64,000 nucleotides of DNA, from positions 124,001 to 188,000 of the forward strand of contig MNCI01000967.1 of the NCBI GenBank assembly GCA_015680685.1, given 5' to 3'. A program made the translations under genes and the position numbers. Position 1 is the first letter of the stretch. Each line of letters opens with the position of its first letter. The notes below the pieces were generated by a model. That model had not been told where the DNA came from, did no database searches, and saw nothing but the letters and a program-made list of their open reading frames with translations. This document shows, in pieces, positions 1 to 11,713 of the stretch. Origin of the DNA: Gnetum montanum. Lineage: Eukaryota > Plantae > Gnetophyta.

Positions 1-393
1 AGACCACATCATGTAAGAATTTGGTAGAGCATTGTAGGAACAGCTTGATTAGGTGGCAACACAATGTTTCCCTCCATGTCACACCACCACAGCTGTTCAT
101 CCTGGTGGAGGATGAAGGTGAAGTTTAGTACATACTCATCAGGATGACTATATACAATTTGGTATTATTAAGGAACTAGCTAATAAGCTTTATCAAAATT
201 GGGTGGAGAATCGTTCTTATGAGAAAAATACATTATCGGTTAGTAAAATCAAAATCACAATGTGCTTGCAAATAGTTGTTGTAGTATTGTAAAATAGGAT
301 ATGACTCTAAGGTTTGTTCCAACAAGTTAAATACTTCTCACTAGGTCCTAGATAGTTCACAAAACAACAAAAAGGTCCCCAACAATGGTGCCA
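1..393 (-). mobile_element. Athila-like element 1: PBS and 5' internal region (runs off the left edge)
   Basis: Minus-strand PBS TGGCACCATTGTTGGGGA (376-393) is a deaminated form of TGGCGCCGTTGCCGGGGA, complementary to the plant tRNA-Asp 3' end. It directly follows the LTR end at 395. Positions 1-180 are homologous to 19570-19730 of element B. Confidence 0.8.
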
Positions 394-394
394 A

Positions 395-2245
395 TGATGA
401 GTGGCAAGGTACCCCTACGCCCAACCATATGAATCACTAAGGCATTACACATGATCTAGTTGAATTCCATGTACCTATAGTTATCTAATGCACTAGCTCT
501 TCTAGGCAGTGAAAAAGGCATTGAGAATGTTTGTTGTCTTCCCAACTACACTTGTGAGGCTTGAGGGTATGGTTTAAGTGTAATTGAGGTATACGATTTT
601 TTATTGTTTTATGTTTTATAGATTTGATCGCCTACAACAAGAATGAAGGGTAGAGTAATTTAAAATCTAATTCATTATTGTCTATCTAGCCTAACACAAG
701 TGATGAGATGTGATTCGCATGAGCCATGATATCACGTACGTGATATCACAGCCCATCGCCATATCTATAAATAAGAGGAGACTCTCCCTTGTTTCCCCAT
801 CTTGAGTTAGAAGTAGGGAAACTCTGGCAGTTTAATCACTCTAGAGATAGAATATTTTGCATGTGCCCGCAGTAGGAGTCCTAAAGTGAACAAATCTTTA
901 TTCGAGCAACATTGTACCTGAACACAAGTTGTGTACAACAATAAAGATGAACTTCCTAGATAAACCTTGCAGTGCATGGAATAGAATTTTATTTATTATT
1001 TTCTCTCTCACCCTTAAACTCCTAGAATGCAATATGAGTATGACTTGATTACGAGCATCTAAGGATCTGTACAGTTAGTCAAGGAATTGGCTACTCATCG
1101 CAACGCGGTATGAGTACAACTTGATTATGAGCATCTAGTGTGACTACTTGGTAACCTAGTGGCGTATTCAGGATCTGCGCTTGGTAGTCCCAGTGGTAGT
1201 CATGCATGAAGATGTGTACGGTTAGTCAAGGAATCGGCTGCTCATCGCACTTAGGCTAGATTAGCTTTCTCAACCCTTTCCTCCTAGTTAAGTGCCTCAG
1301 TACGACCACTTCAAGCACATGCATTACACGCAGTGATCCTAGCAACGATTAGTGTTTGGTAGCCACGGTTGCATTGGTTCAGGGTGTGTACGGTTAGTGG
1401 GAACGGATGCTGATGCTAGGTTAATTTAGACTTAGTCATTGGTTAGAATTAGTACTTAGTTTCTCAACCCTTCACCTTGTTAGCATAGGAGACATAAAAC
1501 ATAAAAGACTATAAAAATCATATACCTCAGACTTACTTAACCATACACCATGACAACTACAAGTCTAGCAAGATAACGAATGATTAACCCCAAGTGTTCC
1601 ATGGGGCGTGTAGGCACTTAGTCTGTAGAGTTCGACCAGATCGTGCATGCTATGCTCATTTCGTATGGTTGAGTATAGGGGTACCTCGCCACTCATCAAC
1701 AAGTACTCGTTCCACTTTCTTGAACACATCCTAAACACATATAGTGATGCTAGGCTACCAAACATTAAGCGTTGCTAGGTTACCAAGTACTATATGTATA
1801 CTCGAAGTGGTCATGCTCATGTTCATTAACAACAGGAAATAAATTACTTAATGAAAATGCATCAAAGTAAAGAGCAAGGAAGTAAAATGCATTAAAGAAA
1901 ATATTAATATATTCTCAATGCTATAAGGATTATCAAAAGAGTTTACTTTATTCCCATCACACTAATGCACTCAAGTACATCAGTTCTCAAACAAAGAACT
2001 ATACACACTTAGACTCCTTCTACAGGCACTCAGAAAATATTCCAACTTTGAGGAAAATAAATGGCAAGAGCTTCGCTACTCTGATTAAAAATTAACTTGA
2101 AAACTATGCAAAAACTTGAGCCTAAGCACTATAATTATAGGCCAAGATATATGCCCCGATGTCGCATATGCAACGCTACATCCATACCCTAATCTTGTGT
2201 ATGCAACATTGTAGCCCCAACATCACCTACTCAATGTCACAACCA
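395..2245 (-). mobile_element. 5' LTR of element 1, interrupted by a solo LTR at 701-1698; 5' end truncated
   Basis: Ends GGGGTACCTTGCCACTCATCA on the minus strand. Colinear with solo LTR 50782-51610, which shows the empty site (CTAACACAAG|TATTCATTCC). No TGATGAG start found near 2245, so that boundary is approximate. Confidence 0.8.
701..1698 (+). mobile_element. Solo LTR (998 bp), Athila-like family, with 5-bp TSD ACAAG
   Basis: TGATGAG...ACTCATCA termini. ACAAG at 696-700 and 1699-1703. TATA box CTATAAATA near 766. Confidence 0.95.
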
Positions 2246-2869
2246 TTGGAAAATGATAATTAATCAATCATTAAGTGGAATGAGTACAACTAATCATGAC
2301 CACTTAAGTGTAATTACTTGGTAACCAAGTAGTGTTACCGTTTGGTATGCCCAGTAACGGTATGCTTGGCACCTAGCTATAGTTGCCTGAAGTCCAAGGT
2401 GTATATGGAAGGTTAGGAATGAATACTCATTGCATGTAGGCTAGTTTAGACTTTACTTTCCATTGTTAATTAGTTAAATAATTGATTTCCTTATTATCGT
2501 TAGAAGCAGCCCAAGGCGAAAGCAACATCAATTGTCATATGCCTCACTTTGGACTAAACCATACATGACAAAGCTATCACTAGTCCAAGTGGGAAGATAG
2601 TAAACTGTAATCAAGACATAATGATCTAGATCCCACAACTAGTCCCATCCATGGAATTTGATGAGATCATGCGTGAACACTTATGATTTGTATGGTTGGG
2701 CATAAGGGGTATCTCGTTACTAATCATTAGCATTGTTGCTACGGATGGTGTTAGTTATCTAGATTAGTTATATTATACATGATCACTATAAATGAATTAA
2801 ATATTTATCTTTTAGGAATACTACATCACACACATCATTAACTAACAACAATGTTTGTTTCTCACGGAA

Positions 2870-4190
2870 GCAATAATGCATTGTATGAAAAGAACATTCA
2901 TTGAAGAACTAATGATATGTATATTGAAGAAAATTGGAGTGACCAACCCCATACAGGGGTTTCATATGTTCATAACCATCCTAATTAGACTCAAGGACTA
3001 CATTCACCTAAGGAAAATAATCCTAAAGGAGATGAAGTAAGTTCTAGACTAGGGGAGGCCTCAAGGCCTAGAACCTCCTCAAAACCTAGAAAAGATAAAT
3101 CAAGGAACCAAAGGGAGAACTATAGAAGCCATTATGATTCTCCCAACTCCTCATCTTCCTCTTCCTCTTCAATGTCTAGTTCTAATGAAGATGAACGTAG
3201 GTATAGCAATAAAGCTCCACTATGAGGTCAAGGTAAGAATAGAAATCAAAACCAAGGGCAAACTCAAAGACATCAAAATGCACATAGAAAAAATCATCAC
3301 AATCAAACAAATAGAAATAGAAATTTTTACCATGACATGTCTGATGATGGTGAACCCTTGTTGGCCACTAAGAGTAGGACGCAAATCATAGAGGTAGTTA
3401 AAATACCCCACAAGCATCACAAGGAAAGTTGCATCAAAAGGCTTGATATGAATAGCATCCCTAAATTTGTGGGAGGGTATAATTTTGATCCACAACATTA
3501 TTTACAAGCCTTCCATGATGCTTGTGTCCTACAAAACATTGAAAGTGGATGGCAAAAGCTTAAGCTATTTTCTAGGATACCAATAGAAAAAGCCAAATTG
3601 TGGTATAAATAATTGAGAAAAAATTCAATCCATTGGTGGTCCACAATGTTGGAACTCTTCAATGAGAAATACCAAACATATGCAAGGGTGTCCAAGAATG
3701 GAAACAAAAACAACATGAACCCTTGGATATGGCCCTAGAAAGATCCTACTCTCTACTATGTAGATGTCCAAGCCATAATTTCTCTAAGGAAGAGCAACTT
3801 TTCCACATCATAGATGGGCTTCATAGTCAAACGAGAGAGACCCTTGGGAGGTATGCTTAAGGTTGATTATACAAACTAAGAACCCATTAGATTCAAAAGC
3901 TAATCAAGCGTATGTCAAAAGAAGAAAGAGAGCTATGGAAATGAGAGAATGTTGAGGAATATCACAGGGACCCAACTCTTCAAAAGAAGAGGGTTCATCT
4001 CTATGATAAGGAAAAAGAAGCAACTCTCGATGAGGTGATTTCACAACAAACCTTGCCAATTCAACACTCTATTGCTAAACTTCAAGTAAGGCTAGATAAG
4101 ATGTTGGAATGGATAAATGAGAAAGTTACAACTTGTATAGAAACCTTAGAGGAGAGAGTAATGCAAAAAAAAAAAATAAAGTAACCATAA
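2870..4190 (+). pseudogene. Degenerate retrotransposon gag of element 2
   Basis: Fragments IPKFVGGYNFDPQHYLQAF and KLKLFSRIPIEKAKLWY. Aligns with the gag at 13108-14145. Many stops and frameshifts; start approximate. Confidence 0.8.
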
Positions 4191-7100
4191 AAAAATGAAG
4201 AAAAGGGACCAAGAGATAGGTAAGAACACTAATCAACAAACAGAGGAAATGGCTGTAGAAGAAGAGGTTATAGACTTAACCACTGAAGAAGATGATGGAT
4301 GTGACATCTACATATATGACCATCCAAAGGGCTACTACCCAATCATGTTACATCTACATGAGTATTGGGCTTTTGCATTGAATCTCAAGTTCATGCAAAA
4401 GAAAATGCCTAGGGAATTATCTTTCTCACAAGGTAATCATAGATAGTCCTACAACCAATAGTACTATCCTTGTGGGACTTCTTATCAGCCTCAAAACTAC
4501 TATCAATCATAGTGGTAGAACCCACAGTCATGGGGGAGGCCATCATCAAACTAGTGTTACCATTATTATCAACTAGATCCATTTGGCTACTACATTCAAT
4601 AACCTATTTCACCAACTAGTTCTGCTTCCTCTACCTCAAATCACTACTACTACTCTCCCAAATATCATCAACCTACAACATCTTCTATGATATCACCACC
4701 TCACACCTCTTACCATTCATCATATCCTTAATATTCTCATACTCCTCTCCATCACATGTCAAAGCTAGCAACATAGGAAGGTTTAGTACCCCAACATTAA
4801 CGAAAGAATGTCACTTGTGCTATGAACGTACACAGAAATGATAATGCTAATAGATCTCCACCACAATTTCAGAAACACCCTTTCTTTAGGATTGTTTGCA
4901 GCTATAAGCATAAGACTTGTGGACCTACTAACTCATCCAAACCAGCACAATGCCAATCAAGTGCAACACCCTTCCTTTCAGAACCAATGTCCTCCAATCA
5001 TATGCAAAGACCAACATCCATCATTACTCCAACACCTAATAGAAATGATGAATCTAGCACTATGGAGAGATAGAAGAATCCATGCATCACTAATTATGAT
5101 AAAGGGTATAGTCATGGGCTAGACATCCATAAAGTTAACACAATTTCTATTCTAATCCATTGTATGTTTCAAAACCAAGTGTGTGAGCAACAACCCATCT
5201 ATGTAGTCACTAATAAACTAGAAGATACCTAATGACTTGAAAATGAAGATTTGACATTGTTTCACAAATGCATGATGCCTACCTGCCCACTTATTAATTC
5301 TTATCATGGTCAAAAGCTTAGTTGTGGGGGAGATGCCCCATCCTAAAACCAAGAATTAGTAAGTGTTTTTCACCTTTTTATTTTACAATTTTTTCTCATT
5401 TTCTCATTCTTGATACAAATGTTTTTCATTCTTTTCAATTTTTTTCCACACTTTGTTTTCATTTCCTTTGGTAGTAATCTTGTTTGTGAATAAAACAACA
5501 AGATGTAGCCCATTGAGGTGAGGTTTTATTTATGTTGTCAAAGTCATGAGGGACTAACTATTTGGACAATGAGGCCACATCATCCATCCATCCATCCCAT
5601 CAATAAGAGGTTCTTACCATGGTCATAATGATATTCTCTTTCATCATCAAAATAAAAATACACTCGTAATCATTATGCTTGGATAGACAAGTAAAGAACC
5701 AAGTGGGAATGCAAAGGGTGTGACATCAAGGGGATTTGTGAATTCTCTTGGATTGCTTTTGTATGTTCTATCATGTTGCTAATGTTGTAATTATATCCTT
5801 GTAGATCTAATGAAAAATGGAAGTAAGAGTACAATAAGTGCTGCCTTTCCATATCACTAGAAAGACATGTTACCTATGTCTAAAGGTAGTCCTATGGTAA
5901 GGTTGACATAGATTAAAATAAAATAAAAGAGCACTGAATAAATTTCTAAGGGTCCCATTGGAAAGACATGTTACCCATGCCTAAAGGTAGTGGCTTCTTA
6001 GAAATAAAAAAAAAGGAGGGGGGGGGGGGGGGGGAGATTGGTTTGTGTGGGGGAAAAGAGAAGTGTCATGAATAAACTCCTTCCTTGGACAAAATGCCAA
6101 GTGATGCTACTCCTTGCAATGATGGTAGTCTTATGGTTGTTAATCCAAAAGATAAAATAATGCGATGTCACTGGAACACGGTTTGGACTTTGTTTGAATC
6201 TTGAAAAGAATGGGTAATGATTACTTTAACCATTAATAACACATAAGGATTCATTATGCCTATGGTAAGGCACCTCACGTTCCAATTTCTACAATCCTTT
6301 CTAAAATCCAAACATTTTTAGATGTGGTTATACAAGGGCATTAAGGGGTAGAGCCTACTTTAGGGAGGACCCACTTATATAACTTTTGTAATTTGTACTT
6401 GTTTGATACAATTGCATCATCTTGAACCTTCCAAATGCATAAATGTCTATTTCAACAACTTTCCTTATCATAGAACCTGTCTATTCTATATCATGGACTC
6501 GGTAGCCTTTTCTTACATCTTCCAAAGCTTTTAATTCTTGTGATTCCATCTTCTAACATTACTAGTGCCTAAATATGAATTTTCACTTATCCCAGATCTT
6601 TGGACTTTACATGAAACCTTCCAACCAATCATAGAGCTTAATTTTCCATGTTGAATGTCCCCATGAGATGTAATTTTAATACCCCCGATATTTGATGGGA
6701 GTTGATATCAACTACCTCGATGTTAGGTACTTGATATAGAGTTGACAAAAACCTATAAATATGGCCCCCATGATGTTTCAAAATTCATTCTCATCAATGA
6801 AAGCTAGGAAATTTTTTGCATTTTTTCTCTCTTAACTAAGAGCTCTATGCATCCAACTTGCACACATGATATCTAGCTCCATACCACTCTGATTTCCATG
6901 GTTTTTGAACCTATTTGATCCTAGAGTGTTCAATTTTGTTGAGGAGGGGTGCTTATGTGGAAAACTTGTGTCAATTTTTTGAATTTTCTATCACCCAGAA
7001 GGTATTATAAGGGTAAAAATGTTTAAAAAATTAAATTATTTCAATCAATAATTAGTTGTATGCATGCCAAAATCTTTAATTATCTCACCTAAGAAGTCAT

Positions 7101-7313
7101 AACCATCATTATAAGCCATACATAAGGGAAAAAGCTAATTTCAAAAGGGTCATAAAAGAAGTTAACACTTTTTGGGTATTTTTCTTAAAATTTTGCTAAC
7201 TCTACAATCATATGAACTAAGAACTTAATGGAAATAAAGACATGAGTAAGGTATAAGCATATTGATGGTAAATGAAAACACCTTAGTAACACCAAATCCT
7301 TGATTGATTGTAG

Positions 7314-10066
7314 ATGGCCCTATAAAGAGGAGAAGAAGAAGGACCTTCGTAGGGTGCAAGAAAATGTCCAAGAGGTGGTAGAGGCTAACTAGAAGAACAA
7401 GGCCCACCAGCTACACATGGAGAATAGGAGGCCTAATCATTTAGCATTCATTAAGAGGCCCTTTTTTAACGATAGTTGGTCCAAGCAAAGGTTGTAGGAC
7501 CAAAGGGTCAAGTGTAGGGACAATGCCTCATGTTGTCCCAAGAATGCCTCCAAGCCATCCAAGAGTGATCCATGTTGACCATGGTCATTGTGGAAATGAA
7601 CTTTGGACCATTCATGGAATTTTTCCTTGAGGCAATCAAAACTTAGCTTCAAGCATCGCTTTTATGGCACATTCTTTTTGAAAGTGGGGAATGGTACCTT
7701 GATGAGGCATACCAATTCTGGCACAATAAAGAGGAGGGCACCACTGTCAACATTGGCAGAGTCTCTATTTCTTTCTTAGTCAAGGCCATTACAAAGGCTC
7801 TAAACATACCAAATGTGGGAACCAAGGTAGCACACGTGTCCAGAAGATCTGATGCAAAAATAATGAAGCTATGGTTAAAGTGGGCATATAACAAAGAAGA
7901 CAAAATATATAATGAGTTGACTCTGAAAGAGAAAATTTATTTCAAAATTGGCACATACCATCTATTCCCCACTAAAGGGCTCAACAGAATATCAACCTAC
8001 ATGGCTAGAGGAAGTGTAATCTTGATGGGAAAATACAACAACCTTGCCCAATTGTACTTCATGGAGATTCAATGATAATCTGAGGAAAGAAAGGTAGGGA
8101 AGCTGATACTTCCATTTCCTTGCCTGATCAGAAAGCTATGCAAGCATGCCAGAATCCTAGGTTACACCAATGACACTCCTAGGAGGGTCCAAAAATGCTT
8201 CATTTTCTAAGTTTTTTAAACTAGCAGCACCAAGGAAAGGCCTTGGTGAAGAGTAAGAATAAGAACCAAAAAAGAAGCAAGAGTAGGAACCAAAGAAGGA
8301 GCCAAAGCAAGAACCAAAGCAATAGTGAGAGCTATAAGTTCCACCACCACCATTGTAGGATTATAGGCCCACAATGAGCCATCTACAGAAAATTACTGAA
8401 ACTCTCAGCTAAGGAAGCAAGGATGAATCCAACCTCTTTCAATTCATTAATGTTGTTGTTCAACCTACAGTTTCTATTGATCCATCAAGGGGGTAGATTC
8501 CGTTGCAATCAGAAGGAGAAGCCCAATGGTTGTAGTAGATCTTTGGAAATGCTACATCTTTCTAAGTGGTGCTTGAAATGGAAAAAGGTGCCATAGTCGT
8601 GGTCATGCAGCATCAAGATGTGGTAGGTGCAATAGAAGTAATAACAAACCACATTAAATAATCCTTTAATGTGCTTGTTGTGCTTCTGGTGGACTTGATT
8701 AGAACCAAAGATGCACAGATGTTAGCTGAGACTTCGATGACTACTACAGCTCATGAGGATGTGCTCGATAGATTATTGTAGATTGGGCAAGTTATGACAA
8801 CCCTCTTTGACATCCTTATTGATGTCACTACAATACAATCTGACCTCATTGCCACCTAAGGAAAAATTGGTCATGGCAGAGACTAGGGTAGAGCATGTAG
8901 AAGCAGAGGTGCACTAATTGCAACAAGAGCTTGTCACCTTAAGAGTTGAAATATGGAATCCTTCTTAATTCATTTTGCTTCACTAGTTGGAGCAATTTTG
9001 AACAGAGTGACTAGGCTAATTACTTGAGTAGAACAAAGTGGTTGAACAAGAAAAGGAGAAACTAGTCTAGAATGCCTTAGCTATTGAAGCCTAAGCATAT
9101 GCTCATGTGAAGGCATTAACCATTGCATAGGAAGAAAACAAGTAGCTTGCTGCTAACAATGTAAGGTTGACCATCGTTGAGAAGTAGAAAAATATTTTGG
9201 AAGAGAGCATTCACTAGTTGAGGGAGCAACAAGTGAGGATCAACCAAGACATAAGTAGATTGGCTAGAGAGAACTAAATCCTGTTAATGGAGGAGGTATG
9301 TGCAATATTCCAAAAGTCTATAATTGAGATAAGCACATGATAGAATTAGGCCAAGAAGAACAAGAAGCTGAAAGAGCACTTCTAAGACTAGATTAGCATG
9401 TATAAGTAAATCAATGAAAAAGAAATTCAAATGGTGAAGGCCTGCATCAATTCCACGTCAACAAAGAATCTTGACTAGCAACCCATCTTGGATAGCTACA
9501 CCTTGGTCCACCAAGCAGAAGTGAAAAATAAGGACCTACAAATTGAATATTTGAAGGAGTGCATGGCATTAACTAACCTTTGTTATGTTAATCTTGTCAT
9601 GTTAATAGCAAGTCAGCCTAGAAATGAATTGAAACAAGAAGTAGCAGCCACCTATGCTTTATATGAGAAAGAGTTTGCATATAAGAAAGATGTTCTACAA
9701 AAACTCTATGTGGCAACCTTGGAACTAGAAACAATTAAGGGTCACTACCATGGGTAGAGAGATGTAACTTCAAACCTAGCTAAGAGATTAATAGATTATC
9801 ATGAATTGAGAGAAAAGGCTAGAGCTTTTAAGGAGAAATAGAGGTAATTTGTGACATGGTATGTCAAAGTGAATAAGATGTTTCCACAGTTTCCGTGTTT
9901 GTGGGATGTACCGGTTCCAACACACATTGGATCATTAGCCTAGATGGTGCATGACCCAAGAATGGAGGAGAACTTGCAGGCGCTCCTAAATCGTTACAAA
10001 TTTTAGAAGCCTGACAACAAAGGGAAGTAGCCAATGGAAGAGCCACCACCTCTAAGAACTACATAG
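7314..10066 (+). pseudogene. Accessory ORF2 of element 2 (Athila env-like/Transposase_32-like N-half, long coiled-coil C-half)
   Basis: ATGGCCCC start directly after TGATTGTAG. KIYFKIGTYHLFP and LPFPCLIRKLC motifs are shared with 16935-18170. The E/K/Q/L-rich C-half suggests coiled coil. Many CAA/CAG>stop changes. Confidence 0.7.
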
Positions 10067-10249
10067 CTTGTCCAATTTTATTGTTTTGTCATGTTATGTC
10101 CATTTTTTTCAAACACCACTACGGCATGTAGAGTTAGTTTGTGTCTATTAGAGTCAGTTAATAACCCCATATATTCCCAATATTTTGTAAAGAACTTGTT
10201 TCTCATTTTGTATAACTTGAGGATAAGTTTTCATTCAGTCGTGGGGGTA

Positions 10250-11131
10250 TGATGAGTCATGTTTTGGTAGGGATCTAATATCGAATATCCAATATTGGGA
10301 CTACATTATCAAGTATCTGATATCGGGGCACAACCTCTAATGTCAAGGATCCAATACCACCGCATCCATTCTAGCTTATAAATACAACACTTGGGTGCAT
10401 GGTTTGTAGGTAGAGAGATATAGATTTTAGATGTAGACATAGAGAAGTTTTGTTAGTTTGTTTCCAGTGCATGCCCGCAATGTGATGTTAAGTGATTATA
10501 CGACATCCTTATTTGAGTGTGACGTACTTGGATACATTACATGTTTGACAATAAAGATCAAGATTACTTCCATCATTGTAGCATCCACTTAGCTTTATTA
10601 TTGTTAATTACTTAAAGTCTTAATATTTTCCTTAGTTAATGTTTATCATTTATTACTCTTTATTATTTCTATCATTAAGCAAAATGAGCAGGACTAATCG
10701 TAAGTGCTTAAGTATAATTACTTGGTAACCCAATAGTGTTATCGTTTAGTATGCCCAATAATGGTATGCTTGGTAATCCTAGCTGTAGTGGCACGAAGGC
10801 CAAGGCATGTATGGAAGGTTAGGAATGGATACTCATTGCACATAGGCTAATTTAAAATTTACTTTCCATTGTTAATTAGTAAATAATTGATTTTCTTATT
10901 ATTGTTAGGAGTGACCCAAGGTCAAAACAACATCAATTATCATATGCCTCACTTTGGACTAAATCATATGTGACAAAGCTACCACTAGTCCAAGTGGGAA
11001 GATAGCGAACTGTGATCAAGACATAATGATCTAGATGCCACAACTAGTTCCATCCACGGAATTCAACCAGATCATGCATAAACGCTTGTGATTTGTATGG
11101 TTAGACATAAGGGGTACCTCGCTACTTATTA
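10250..11131 (+). repeat. 3' LTR of element 2 (882 bp)
   Basis: TGATGAGTC start after PPT GTGGGGGTA; ends GGGGTACCTCGCTACTTATTA. Confidence 0.9.
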
Positions 11132-11713
11132 AATGACAATAAGATCAAGATTGATTCATATTCATTGTAGCATTTTGACTTAGAATAAATATACTTTTAA
11201 TGCAATTTACTTTTGATATACTTATTTAATATTTACATTTTCATGCATATTAATCAACTGGTGAAATGAGTGCAACCAGTTTCAAGTGTAAACACTTATT
11301 TAGTTGGTAATCCCAACAACGTTATTACTTGATTCACCCAATAGCATAACACTTGGTAATCCTAGTAGTGGATATGTGAGTTCAGGACATGTATGACAAG
11401 CTCAAAATGGACACTCATCACTTTTAGGCTAGCTTAGAATTTACCTTCTTGTTATTAAATAGATTAATTAATTAATTTCTATATTATCATTCAATTAGTT
11501 TAAGGGCCACACAACATCAATAATCATATGCCTCACTCTAGACTAAACCATTTGTGACCAAACTACCACTAGTCCAAGTGATAAGATAACGATTTGTGAT
11601 CAATGCTTAAAAATCTAGATACCACACTAGTATCATCCATGGAATTCGATCAAATTGCACATGGATGCTTGTGATTCGTATGGTTGGGCATATGGGGTAC
11701 TCGTCGGTCATCA
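11132..11713 (+). repeat. 3' part of another LTR of the same family (probable target of element 2)
   Basis: Starts in mid-LTR at CAATAAGATCAAG, contains the downstream LTR modules and ends GGGGTACTCGTCGGTCATCA. No PBS follows. Confidence 0.8.

Larger units (their letters stand above)
2262..11131 (+). mobile_element. Non-autonomous Athila-like LTR element 2 (partial 5' LTR-PBS-gag-noncoding-ORF2-PPT-3' LTR; no pol)
   Basis: 5' LTR remnant about 2262-2726 matches 10670-11131. Degenerate PBS at 2727-2745. Athila-type 3' motif CTTGAGGATAAG...GTGGGGGTA precedes the 3' LTR at 10250-11131. No protease, RT, RH or INT motifs seen. Confidence 0.85.

Noticed and set aside
1296-1410. CTCAGTACGA...GGAACGG resembling the rRNA sarcin-ricin loop
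   Set aside because: No flanking rRNA homology. Treated only as a possible loop-E-type motif within module II.
701-1698. Hammerhead ribozyme/retrozyme suggested by TGATGAG and CTCATC motifs
   Set aside because: TGATGAG is the LTR terminal inverted repeat. No CTGATGA...GAAA...TH core with the three hammerhead stems was found.
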